Made by a program: the position numbers and the translations under genes
The notes under the pieces: model-generated
Database searches by the model: none
Told to the model about the DNA's origin: nothing
Seen by the model: only the letters and a program-made list of their open reading frames with translations
In this document: positions 24,909-34,058 of the stretch, one piece after another
Layout: each line of letters begins with the position of its first letter
Position numbering within the stretch: the stretch's first letter is position 1
DNA from: an uncultured Pirellula sp.
GTDB taxonomy: Bacteria; Planctomycetota; Planctomycetia; Pirellulales; Pirellulaceae
Direction of reading: 5' to 3'
Assembly (NCBI GenBank): GCA_964483385.1
Contig: CAZACJ010000001.1
Span: 18,780-82,779 of the forward strand
Length of the DNA: 64,000 bases

Positions 24909-25327
24909 ACCGGGAGGTAGGGCAATCGCTTTGCGCAGTTGGATTCGAAGGGGAGACTTTTTGAATTCTATGTGTGGGGAGGAAAGTCCGGGCTCCAACG
25001 AGCGAGATGGTCGATAACGTCGACCGGCCGAAAGGTTAGGGAAAGTGCAACAGAAAGCAAACCGCCCGCGAGGCCTTTGGCTGCGTGGGTAAGGGTGAAA
25101 CGGTGGGGGTAAGATCCCACCAAGTGGCGGGTGACCGTCCACTTCGGTAAACCCCATCTGGAGCAAGATCCAACAGAGTGAGATTTCGAGAGAGGTCGCA
25201 TCCGGCTCGTGATGTTAACACTCGGGTAGATCGCTTGAGCCCAAGAGTAATTTTGGGCCTAGATGAATGATTGCCGGCGTGGTGTTCGTTCACTGCGTGA
25301 CAGAACCCGGCTTACATACCTCCCGGT
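24909..25327 (+). ncRNA. rnpB: RNase P RNA, bacterial type A
   Basis: Conserved GAGGAAAGTCCGGGCTCC, GGAAAGTGCAACAGAAAG, GGGTGAAACGGTG, GGTAAACCCC...GAGCAAG, CTAGATGAATGA and ACAGAACCCGGCTTA. P1 is ACCGGGAGGTA (24909-24919) pairing with TACCTCCCGGT (25317-25327). Confidence 0.97.
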
Positions 25328-25419
25328 TTTTTGTTTTGATTGCTGGATTTCTTTGGGACTTTGGCTTTTGTGTAGCGTAAAAGCCTTGGGTTCTGTGGGT
25401 TCGGATGTAGGAGGGGTCG

Positions 25420-26049
25420 ATGGCTAGCGTCGAGTCCGAGCGCGCATTTGTGGTTGCCGGTGGGGTGGAATTGTCCTTGGGGGCCGTCGCGCTTGTGCTT
25501 GGGGCAATATTAGGTGTGGATCCTAGAGAGGATTTACCTCTAGTGGAGAGTATTTTTGAGGTGCCTTGGCCAAGTCTTGGTCGAAGTGTATTGGTTGGTA
25601 GTGTCATTGCGATCGTTTTGTTTTTGATGATTCAGCTGATTGGCAAGTTGCCTCTGTCGGGGATCAGGAAGCTGGAAAAGCTTGCGCAGAACCAATTGAA
25701 GACCATGCTCGGTACAATGACCGTTGCACAGATGCTTGTCCTGTCGTTGACGGCCGGGGTTGGCGAGGAGTTGTTGTTTCGTGGCTTGATTCAAAACTGG
25801 TTTCACTCATTTTTTGAAACGACGAACATTTACCAAGCAGCACCGGGGATTTTGGTGGCGTCCATTTTGTTTGGGTTGGCTCATCCGTTGACGAAGACTT
25901 ACGTGGCGGTAGCAGCACTGATCGGTCTCTTTTTGGGGTTCTTCTACTGGTACACGCGGGATCTGTTGGCTTGTGTTGTGGCGCACAGCCTTTACGATGC
26001 GATTTTATTGCTGTTGTGGAATTGGACTGAGCGGACATTTGCGAGGTAG
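25420..26049 (+). CDS. CPBP family intramembrane glutamic endopeptidase (CAAX protease/Abi)
   Basis: 209 aa multi-TM protein with GVGEELLFRG, FGLAH and HSLYD motifs. Confidence 0.9.
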   Translation: MASVESERAFVVAGGVELSLGAVALVLGAILGVDPREDLPLVESIFEVPWPSLGRSVLVGSVIAIVLFLMIQLIGKLPLSGIRKLEKLAQNQLKTMLGTMTVAQMLVLSLTAGVGEELLFRGLIQNWFHSFFETTNIYQAAPGILVASILFGLAHPLTKTYVAVAALIGLFLGFFYWYTRDLLACVVAHSLYDAILLLLWNWTERTFAR

Positions 26050-26050
26050 T

Positions 26051-26081
26051 TTGACGGCAAGCGGTCAAGTTGACGGCAAGC
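26051..26081. promoter_or_regulatory. Operator-like element: 12-bp direct repeat plus nested inverted repeat
   Basis: TTGACGGCAAGC at 26051-26062 and 26070-26081. TTGAC-N8-GTCAA at 26051-26068. Lies in the 51-bp gap before the next gene. Confidence 0.45.
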
Positions 26082-26100
26082 TTTTGGGAAAGTCAGGGGG

Positions 26101-26781
26101 GTGATTGGTGTGCTGAATTACAAACGGATCAATTCTGCCTCGTTCTTTGAGATTGCGGTTCCTATTTATCGATTGGGTGAGGTTGTTGACATGCAATCTC
26201 CTGACACATGGGGGATGTCAGACCGATATCAAATTGCTGCGATCGACGTATTGAATTCACGCAACGTTACGTCGAGCAAGTTGCAGATAGCTTGGAATGA
26301 GCAAGGGTTGTTTTTGGCAGGTTGTTTGGAGGGGCCCGTCGGGACGGTTCTTAGCGGGAACGCTTGTATTCGTTGTGAGTGGAGGATCCAGTCGCGGCAT
26401 CGCAGAGAGTTGCGAGAATGGGATCAATACTGCGTCGCGTATCGCTTTATGTATCCAGTGGAGTTACCTGGCGGATTGATGGAATCAACGCAGTTAGGAG
26501 AGTCGATTTCACGGGGGCAAGCGAGAAATTCTCGCGCGTTGGATAAGGGGGCTTCGCCAGATGTATTTTCTCAGGTGATTCGAACGGGTAAGCAACTGCG
26601 ATTTTGGATGTCAGCGAGGGCAATCAGTATTCCGGAGTACCGTCCTTTGGAGTATCCCGATTTGTCTATGGGCTTGGAGGTTATGGAATCGGCAGGAGTG
26701 GAATTGAGTCTTTCTCAACTCGGCATAGGTGGCAACCCATTCGATCCTTCGGGTTGGTTTCACTGCTATTGTGTGGAATGA
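26101..26781 (+). CDS. Conserved planctomycete hypothetical protein (possible CBM9/DOMON-like beta-sandwich)
   Basis: 226 aa with + strand codon style like its neighbours. The IAWNEQGL segment is reminiscent of CBM9-like folds, but the fold call is weak. Confidence 0.5.
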   Translation: MIGVLNYKRINSASFFEIAVPIYRLGEVVDMQSPDTWGMSDRYQIAAIDVLNSRNVTSSKLQIAWNEQGLFLAGCLEGPVGTVLSGNACIRCEWRIQSRHRRELREWDQYCVAYRFMYPVELPGGLMESTQLGESISRGQARNSRALDKGASPDVFSQVIRTGKQLRFWMSARAISIPEYRPLEYPDLSMGLEVMESAGVELSLSQLGIGGNPFDPSGWFHCYCVE

Positions 26782-26856
26782 GTTTGGGGGTGCGGAAAGC
26801 TGTGATCGACGGAATTTCGCAACGTTCGTTTTTGAATTGGATTTGTTATTGGCGCG

Positions 26857-28263
26857 TTAGGCGAGAACATTCTTGACGACATGGGCTTCTTCAACTCCGG
26901 TTAGTCGTTGGTCGAGACCACCGTGTTGAAAAGTGAGGCGTTGGTGGTCGAAACCCAGGAGGTGCAGGATGGTGGCGTGGAAATCGCGGACGTGTACGGG
27001 TTGATCAGCCGCGCGAAGGCCGATTTCGTCGGTAGAACCGTGGACGATACCCTTTCGCACCCCTGCGCCTGCGAGCCAGGAGCTGAAAGCCCAGGGATGG
27101 TGTTCGCGTCCTTTTGCGTCGGCGGTGTTATTGAATGGAGTTCGCCCGAATTCCGTTGTCCAGACGACGAGAGTATCTTCGAGCATACCGCGTTGTTTCA
27201 GGTCTTTGATTAGAGCTGCGATAGGTTGATCAACATTTTTGGCGAGGGGTTCATGAGTCATCATATCTCCGTGGGCATCCCAGTTTCCGGAGGAGCCGGT
27301 ATCGATGAGTTCGACGAAGCGAACACCGCGTTGTATGAGTCTTCTTGCGGCGAGGCATTGCCAGCCGAATCCGGATGTTTGATTGCGTAGTAAGCCGTAG
27401 CTTTGCAACGTCGCATCGGATTCATTTCGAAAATCGAAAGCTTCTGGGACTTCCATTTGCATACCGAAGGCGGTTTGAAAGGTTTGCAATCGTGCTTGAA
27501 GGATCGGATCGTTTTGTCGAAGGTTGAGGTGGTTATGATTCTGTTGTTCGAGTAGATCAAGTTCGAGGCGTTGTAGATCTGAGGGGAGTCGTGGGGCGAT
27601 ATTGGCTACCGGATCCGCGCCGGGGATGACGAGAGTGCCTTGGTAGGTACCTGGTAGGAAGTCATTGGCGTAGACTTGGGTCCCCGCGTAGGTTTGCCGC
27701 GGTGCGATCACGACAAAACCGGGTAGGTTTTTATTAAGGGTACCGAGCCCGTAGGTTACCCAGGAGCCGATACTAGGGCGAGACTGGGCAAAGGAGCCGG
27801 TGTGCATGCCCAGGGTTGCGTTGTAATGGTTTGAGTGTGAGGTATGCATGGAGCGGATGAGTGCTATCTCATCGACGCAGGATGCCATGTGAGGGAATAG
27901 AGCACTTACTTCGGTGCCACATTCACCATGTTTTTGAAAATCCCATTGCGGCCGTTTGAGAAAGATTCTCTCGTAGCCCGGTCGATCCTTGATTTCTGGG
28001 TGATCGGCTTTGATTTCTTTTCCATGGCCGTTGATCAAATCGGGTTTGGGGTCCCAAGTATCGACGTGAGAGACGCCCCCGGTCATAAAGAGGAAGATGA
28101 CATTTTTGGCTTTTGCGGGGAAGTGTGAGGATTTTGGTGCAAGTGGGTCGCCGCTATCTGCGAGCAGTTGCTGCATCACAGCGGGCAAAATTATGGAGTT
28201 TGCGAAAGCAGACTGCAGCCAAGTGCGCCGATGTTGCGACGGTAGGTGTGCTGAGGGTTTCAT
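26857..28263 (-). CDS. DUF1501 domain protein (sulfatase/alkaline-phosphatase-like, twin-arginine signal)
   Basis: 468 aa. RRTWLQ N-terminus, AKNVIFLFMTGGVSHVDTWDPKP, RPSIGSWVTYGLGT, RRLIQRGVRFV, WDAH, TEFGRTP, GREHH. Confidence 0.93.
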   Translation of the reverse strand: MKPSAHLPSQHRRTWLQSAFANSIILPAVMQQLLADSGDPLAPKSSHFPAKAKNVIFLFMTGGVSHVDTWDPKPDLINGHGKEIKADHPEIKDRPGYERIFLKRPQWDFQKHGECGTEVSALFPHMASCVDEIALIRSMHTSHSNHYNATLGMHTGSFAQSRPSIGSWVTYGLGTLNKNLPGFVVIAPRQTYAGTQVYANDFLPGTYQGTLVIPGADPVANIAPRLPSDLQRLELDLLEQQNHNHLNLRQNDPILQARLQTFQTAFGMQMEVPEAFDFRNESDATLQSYGLLRNQTSGFGWQCLAARRLIQRGVRFVELIDTGSSGNWDAHGDMMTHEPLAKNVDQPIAALIKDLKQRGMLEDTLVVWTTEFGRTPFNNTADAKGREHHPWAFSSWLAGAGVRKGIVHGSTDEIGLRAADQPVHVRDFHATILHLLGFDHQRLTFQHGGLDQRLTGVEEAHVVKNVLA

Positions 28264-28279
28264 AGGGAATGGTATTGGT

Positions 28280-31261
28280 TTAGTCGATGTGTAGAAATTC
28301 GTTGCTAGCGAGTAGTACGCGGGTGATGGCGGCCCATTGATTCGATTCGGGGCCAGGGTATTTCGTTAGGAATTCTGAGATGCGTTGCGTTTCATCAACT
28401 GTTGGGTCGCGTTGAAACAGGTTGTGGTAAAGTTCATTAAGTCGTTCTTGCGTTGAGGAATGGGAAGTGACCAATCGAGCCGCGATCAAGTTTGCTTGTG
28501 CGTGAAAGAATGGATCGTTCATGAAGTAAAGGGCTTGTGTTGGCACGGTGGTGGATTGTCTAGAGGGGGTCGAGCCGTTTGGGTCTGCGCCATCGAAGGT
28601 AGCAAGAAATGGGTGTCGTCTTTGGCGTTGAACCATCTGAAACGCTGTGCGGTGATTGGAGTCGTAGACTGCGTTGAATGGATCGTGCTGTGTGAACGTC
28701 CACGAAGATTCTGGTGGGAAGGGGTGTTGTTCCGGAAAGTTCAGAGCGATCGATTGGGAGGCGACGAGTAAGCTGTCTCGCATTTCCTCTGCGGAGAGTC
28801 GTCGGCGTGAAAAGTGACTTAGCCATCGGTTTTCTGGATCTGAATCGTTCGGGATCTGGCTTGCGCGGCGGTAAGTCTTGGAAAGCAGAATCCAGCGATG
28901 GAGGGTCTTTAGGCTATAGCCGTTGCGGACGAATTCCGTCGTGAGTTGATCGAGGAGTTGTGGGTGAGATGGAGAGTCACCTCTTGCGCCGAAGTCGTTA
29001 GCAGATGGGACGAACCCTTTACCGAAATGCCAATGCCAGACACGATTGACGATGACGCGAGCGGTCAGGGGAGAAGTTGCGATCCAATCTGCGAGTTCTT
29101 TTCTTCCGCTTGCACCATTCTCGACGACGGTCTGTCCGCCAAAGATGCCGAGCCAGCGTCGGGGGATTTCTTTTCCGAGTTGTTCGGGATCACCTCTTAG
29201 GTGTAGTTTCGCGTTCTTCGCACTTGCTTCTGCGACAGCGTAAGCAACGGGCTGAGGGGGCATTGGTTCAAGTTTTTCGAGTGGTTGAGAGGCTTGGCCC
29301 AATCTCAACAAGGCGTCCGAAATCTCAGGAGAAGGGAGGTGAGTGAAGCTAAAGGAGACTCCATCCCCGCCGCTTGGGTGCGCATCGGCGATGGTACCGG
29401 AGATTTCGATTTCTGCATTGATTGGGCACGTCCAAGCGATGCCGACGCATTGGCTTGGGCCTGGGTGGATAAAAACGGATTTTGGGGGCAGGTTCGTCCA
29501 GACGTGAACTGGTTGGTCGGATGTATTTACGAGGACGGAGGGTGGGGATTGAGCTTCCCAAGCTGCGAGAGCATCGTTTCCTTGGACTTTGGGTTTTCGG
29601 TCGACTAAGAAAGCGTTTGCAGTGGTATCTAGCAAGCACCAGTGGGCTTGGTGTGTCGTTGGTCTTGGGTTGGACAAGAGCAAATCCTCGAGCAGTTCGT
29701 TAACGTTCCAGGACTTGGGATTGTCTTGATTGGTTGCGTGGGGAGTACCTGAGGTTAGTTCGGAGATTGCCCATTCGACTTTGGTGGTATCTGCACCGTA
29801 GTTTCCGTTGGGTGAAACCGATAGTAGGAGAACTTCTCCTTTTCGCATCGAGAGCTTTGCTGCGAAGGGTGCGCTTGCACCTTCTGAGACGTTAGCTTCA
29901 GCGACAACCACGGGGTTCTTGGCGGCTAATTGAGCGAATTGTTTTCGGTGTGATTCGGTGGCTAAACGTTGTTCTTCGGTGGCTTGTTCGAGTCGTTGTT
30001 TTTTTTCCATGTAGGGGGCAAGAAGCTGATCGATTTCCGATTGAGCGAGGAGCGGTACCATGTCTTTTGGCTGACCTTTGGGTTCGCAACCTGGGAATGA
30101 GAAGCGACAGCTATCGAAGATTCCGTAGAGTGCGTAGTAATCTTCTGCGGTGACGGGATCGTATTTGTGGTCATGGCATCTAGCGCAACCGATGGAGAGT
30201 CCCATAAAAGCGCGTCCCAGGTTGTCGATGACATCTTCGTAGGTTAAGTGCATATCTTTATCGATGTCGTGGCCGAATCTGCGGGCGATTGCGAGATAAC
30301 CTGTTGCGATAATCCCATCGCGGCGTTGTTGTGCGGTAGCGTCATTCAGGAGTAGATCACCAGCGATTTGGTAGCGAACGAAATCAGAAAACGGTAGGTC
30401 TTTGTTGAATGCATCCATGACCCAATTGCGGTATCTCCAAGCGTGAACGAGTGGGCGGTCTGTATTTTCGCCGGCTGTATCGGCATAGCGAACGACATCG
30501 AGCCAGTGTCGTCCCCAATGAACGCCGTATTGAGGTGATTCGAGAAGTTCATCAATCCATCGCGTAAGGACTTCGTTGTGTTGTGTTTCGTTGGAGCATT
30601 GTTTCCACTGCGTTACGAAGGCGTTGACTTGTTGAGTGGTCGGTGGGAGTCCGAGAAGGTCGTAATGAATGCGTCGGAGCAAATCTTTTGGTTCTGCTTC
30701 TGGTGCGGGGGTAAGGCCCATGCTTTGCAGTTGTTGATCGATTTGTTCATCGATCTGTTGGGTTGGGTTTGAGTTGGATTGAGTTGGTGAAGGAAGGGGT
30801 TGGAAGGCCCACCACTTTTTTGCCGTTTCGGCGTTCATTCCGGCGATTTTTGTTTCGGCTTTTCGTGGATCGAATGCACCATTATCAATCCACTGTGTTA
30901 GTGCCTCGATGGCTTCGTCAGGGAGTTTCCCTTTAGGGGGCATTTGCAGAGCAGAGTCTTCATACTGGACGGCTTGGATGAGCAAGGATTCTTTTGCTTT
31001 TCCGGGGAAGATAGACGGACCGGAGTCACCGCCTTGTTGCCATCCTTCTCGAGATTCTAGGGTCAGTCCACCTTTGGTGCTGGTACCGCTATGGCATTCG
31101 TAACAGTGTTCGATCAGAAGTGGGCGAATGCGAGACTCGAAGAATTGTTCGTTGGGATCGCTAGGGTTTTGAGCGGAGCAGTTAGGTGTTGCGAAGCTAC
31201 CGAGTGAAGCGAGGCTGGCAACGCAGATGCAGAGCGTTAAAGGTGGGATTGAGCGGTTCAT
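28280..31261 (-). CDS. Planctomycete cytochrome c (PSCyt1) + DUF1549 + DUF1553 protein
   Basis: FFESRIRPLLIEHCYECH, WIDNGAFDPR, YGVHWGRHWLDVVRYADT, CARCHDHKYDP, ARVIVNRVWHWHFG, RRRLSAEEMRD. Start moved to ATG 31261. Confidence 0.93.
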   Translation of the reverse strand: MNRSIPPLTLCICVASLASLGSFATPNCSAQNPSDPNEQFFESRIRPLLIEHCYECHSGTSTKGGLTLESREGWQQGGDSGPSIFPGKAKESLLIQAVQYEDSALQMPPKGKLPDEAIEALTQWIDNGAFDPRKAETKIAGMNAETAKKWWAFQPLPSPTQSNSNPTQQIDEQIDQQLQSMGLTPAPEAEPKDLLRRIHYDLLGLPPTTQQVNAFVTQWKQCSNETQHNEVLTRWIDELLESPQYGVHWGRHWLDVVRYADTAGENTDRPLVHAWRYRNWVMDAFNKDLPFSDFVRYQIAGDLLLNDATAQQRRDGIIATGYLAIARRFGHDIDKDMHLTYEDVIDNLGRAFMGLSIGCARCHDHKYDPVTAEDYYALYGIFDSCRFSFPGCEPKGQPKDMVPLLAQSEIDQLLAPYMEKKQRLEQATEEQRLATESHRKQFAQLAAKNPVVVAEANVSEGASAPFAAKLSMRKGEVLLLSVSPNGNYGADTTKVEWAISELTSGTPHATNQDNPKSWNVNELLEDLLLSNPRPTTHQAHWCLLDTTANAFLVDRKPKVQGNDALAAWEAQSPPSVLVNTSDQPVHVWTNLPPKSVFIHPGPSQCVGIAWTCPINAEIEISGTIADAHPSGGDGVSFSFTHLPSPEISDALLRLGQASQPLEKLEPMPPQPVAYAVAEASAKNAKLHLRGDPEQLGKEIPRRWLGIFGGQTVVENGASGRKELADWIATSPLTARVIVNRVWHWHFGKGFVPSANDFGARGDSPSHPQLLDQLTTEFVRNGYSLKTLHRWILLSKTYRRASQIPNDSDPENRWLSHFSRRRLSAEEMRDSLLVASQSIALNFPEQHPFPPESSWTFTQHDPFNAVYDSNHRTAFQMVQRQRRHPFLATFDGADPNGSTPSRQSTTVPTQALYFMNDPFFHAQANLIAARLVTSHSSTQERLNELYHNLFQRDPTVDETQRISEFLTKYPGPESNQWAAITRVLLASNEFLHID

Positions 31262-31616
31262 CGAAAATCGTCGCGGAGTAGGGAGGGGGGGGATTACGAA
31301 GTGCATGCAGTGCGATAGGAAATCGCAAGAACTATCTTTTCAAGCGACAGAAAAATTGCGGATAATTCATGGTGTGTTAACGCAATCCTTACACGTAGCG
31401 ATAGTCTTCATGGTTTCTTAACGCAAGCATAACACTTGCTTCATCGAAATGCGAGCATTACTCCCTAGAGTAGTTGCAACATAAAGGCAGCACTCGGGGG
31501 GTGCCTGAAAATCCCATCCAAGGTGGATGGTGGGTACCAACTGCGAAGGTTTCTGATGGACGGATGGTCCGGGGGGAAGCCCGTCGCCTTGCACATCACA
31601 CAGGGAATAGAGGCTG

Positions 31617-32621
31617 ATGAAGAAGTATATCGGAGATCGACGTGGCGGGTTTACGCTAGTAGAGCTTTTGGTGGTCATTGCGATCATCGGGATTTTGGTT
31701 GGGTTGTTGTTGCCGGCTGTGCAAGCAGCGCGTGAGGCAGCCAGGCGGATGTCTTGCAGTAGCAATGCGAGGCAGTTGGGATTGGCGTTGATGAATTACG
31801 AGAGTGCCTATAAAAGATTGCCTCCGAGTCGAATCTCGATTAACAATCCTGTTTTTCAGGTGTCGTGGCCTGCGATGATTTTGCCGATGATCGAGCAGGG
31901 GCCAAGTTTCGCGAGTTACAACTTTAATCGACCTTGGTATGAGCCGATTAATGACGTTGTGACGACGACACAGATTCCGGTAATGATTTGTCCATCGAGT
32001 CCATCTCCTCGTGAGTTGCCTCCACAAAACTTGTACACGGCGATTTCGAACAACGTACGAACGGACCGTCCGATTTGGGGTTATTCGGATTACGGTTCTA
32101 TTAATGCAGTGCGGAATGCCGCGTTTGTTGCAGCGGGGTTGCCAAGTATTGGAACACGGGAAGTGATGGCCGCGATGGGACGTGGGCCTGAGGGGGTCAA
32201 GTTGGCGATGATTCGTGACGGGCTTTCGAATACTTTCTGTTTGGGTGAAGGTGCAGGTCGGCCATCGATGTATGTCAGTGGTAAGAAGACGACAAATCCT
32301 CGACAAGGGAACATTGCGTTTGGTACTCCAGTGGTTGCGGACGGTTGGGGATGGGCGGACATTAATGGTGGGTTTAGCGTTGACGGTTCCGATGCTTTGG
32401 GAAATCAGAACAGCACATCAAGTTCCGGTGCGACGAACGTTGTTGGATCATGCTTCTTGAACTGCACGAATGACTCTGAGTTTTATGCATTCCACGGAAG
32501 TGGAGCACACTTTGTCATGTGTGATGGTTCTGTACAGTTTATTGCACAGAGTGTGACTGGATCGGTATTTGTGGCATTGTGTACCCGTGAGCAGGGTGAC
32601 ATCGCTTCGGTGCCTGACTAG
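31617..32621 (+). CDS. DUF1559 family prepilin-like protein (N-methylation motif, H-X9-DG C-terminus)
   Basis: 334 aa. [40 protein letters not shown] and [14 protein letters not shown]. Confidence 0.95.
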   Translation: MKKYIGDRRGGFTLVELLVVIAIIGILVGLLLPAVQAAREAARRMSCSSNARQLGLALMNYESAYKRLPPSRISINNPVFQVSWPAMILPMIEQGPSFASYNFNRPWYEPINDVVTTTQIPVMICPSSPSPRELPPQNLYTAISNNVRTDRPIWGYSDYGSINAVRNAAFVAAGLPSIGTREVMAAMGRGPEGVKLAMIRDGLSNTFCLGEGAGRPSMYVSGKKTTNPRQGNIAFGTPVVADGWGWADINGGFSVDGSDALGNQNSTSSSGATNVVGSCFLNCTNDSEFYAFHGSGAHFVMCDGSVQFIAQSVTGSVFVALCTREQGDIASVPD

Positions 32622-32655
32622 TACTGATTAGCTTACTGCGTATGAAATTCAAATG

Positions 32656-32692
32656 GAGCCTGCGTGGGTACACCCATGCAGGCTCTGTTTTT
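32656..32692 (+). terminator. Intrinsic terminator after the DUF1559 gene
   Basis: GAGCCTGCGTGGG-TACA-CCCATGCAGGCTC followed by TGTTTTT. Confidence 0.85.
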
Positions 32693-32793
32693 GGGGGCGG
32701 TTGCATGAAGTCAGTCGTCGTGAGAGAGATATTCGTTGGTTAAAAGTCCCGCGTGATAATCGGCACGCATAAGATGAAGAGCACTAGAGAGCC

Positions 32794-34038
32794 ATGAAAG
32801 AGCTATCGATGATACAGACCGTTGTTACCAAGAAGCGCAAATGTCCGCTTGCAGACCGCTTCGTGTTAGCGTTGTTAACGCAAGTTCTTTTTTTGGGTGT
32901 CGCGCAGAGTTTCGGGCAGGATGTCGCGGGTGGAAGGAAGCCTGAGCTATTGGCGGTAGCGAGGGTTTCGGGAGAGTATCGAGATCGAAGTGGGTTGAGT
33001 GGTATGTTGGAGACGAACACACCCGTGAATGCATTTGGTGGGCTTTCGGCGATTGAGTATACGGGGCAGGAGAACCGTTATTACGTTTTATCTGATCGGG
33101 GTGCTGGGGATGGTGCTGCAAGTTTTCCTTGTCGATTTCACACGGTAGAGTTGGCTTACGATGAGCGTCAGCGTCGTTTGGATTTTCGTTTGCTCGCAAC
33201 AACGCTCGTCAAGGACTTACAGGGGCGGGCATTGACGGGTAGTTTGATGCAGCTCAAGAATTGGAAGGAAGAGGGGAGGTGTCCGAGTTACGATCCCGAG
33301 GGGATTCGGCTTTTGAAAACGGCAGATAACGAATCCATGGTAGTGATAAGCGATGAGTATGGTCCGAACATCGATTTTTTTTCTTTGGGCGGTAGGATGC
33401 TTCGATCGGTAGTGATTCCCGAATCGTTTGGTCTCAGTGAGCGGCGGCCCGAACCATTTCAGGTTGGCGCGTTTACCAACCGTGGGTTAGAGGGGTTGGC
33501 GGTGAGTCCTAGTTTTAAGCGGATGGTGGGAGCGATGCAGGGTCCGTTGGTGCAGGACGGTCGGCTTGAGAATGGCAAGTGCTATGGGACTTGGACGCGT
33601 TGGTTGGTGATCGATGCGCAGAGTGGCGCGACGTTGCAGTGGGCGTATCCGCTTGAGGATGAATCGACGGGGGTCAGTGAGGTTTTGGCGATAGATGAGG
33701 ATAGGTACTTGGTATTGGAGCGAGATAGTTTGTTGGGTGAGGAGGCCAAGTTCAAGCGAATTTATTTAGCGGATGGTTCGAAGGCTGCTGATGTTTCTTC
33801 GGTGGAATCGTTGAAGTCGGGGTTACCCGCTGGGTCTTCTGCGGTTACCAAGCGACTATTGATTGATTTGCTCGATCCGCGATATGGATTTCATGGGGGC
33901 AATGCACCGGAGAAGCCGGAGGGATTGGCTTGGGGACCTAAGTTATCGGATGGACGTCGGTTGTTGATGGTCTGTTTTGATAATGACTTTGAGCCAGCGA
34001 ACAGCACGATTTTTGCTGCTTTTGCTGTGGACTTGTAG
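32794..34038 (+). CDS. Esterase-like activity of phytase family protein (secreted beta-propeller)
   Basis: 414 aa. Signal-like N-terminus, FGGLSAI, LSDRG, DPEGI, ISDEYGP, NRGLEGLA, KPEGL, DNDF motifs. Confidence 0.85.
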   Translation: MKELSMIQTVVTKKRKCPLADRFVLALLTQVLFLGVAQSFGQDVAGGRKPELLAVARVSGEYRDRSGLSGMLETNTPVNAFGGLSAIEYTGQENRYYVLSDRGAGDGAASFPCRFHTVELAYDERQRRLDFRLLATTLVKDLQGRALTGSLMQLKNWKEEGRCPSYDPEGIRLLKTADNESMVVISDEYGPNIDFFSLGGRMLRSVVIPESFGLSERRPEPFQVGAFTNRGLEGLAVSPSFKRMVGAMQGPLVQDGRLENGKCYGTWTRWLVIDAQSGATLQWAYPLEDESTGVSEVLAIDEDRYLVLERDSLLGEEAKFKRIYLADGSKAADVSSVESLKSGLPAGSSAVTKRLLIDLLDPRYGFHGGNAPEKPEGLAWGPKLSDGRRLLMVCFDNDFEPANSTIFAAFAVDL

Positions 34039-34058
34039 GGATGGTGGGGGGGAGTGGG

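Noticed and set aside
31492-31550. TPP-riboswitch-like fragments (ACTCGGGG..GTGCC, CTGA, GCGAAGG)
   Set aside because: The conserved CTGAGA and CCTGAT/P4-P5 elements are missing and the downstream gene has no thiamine link. A cmscan with RF00059 would settle it.
31418-31765. 115-aa minus-strand ORF
   Set aside because: Antisense shadow of the conserved DUF1559 N-terminus plus intergenic DNA.
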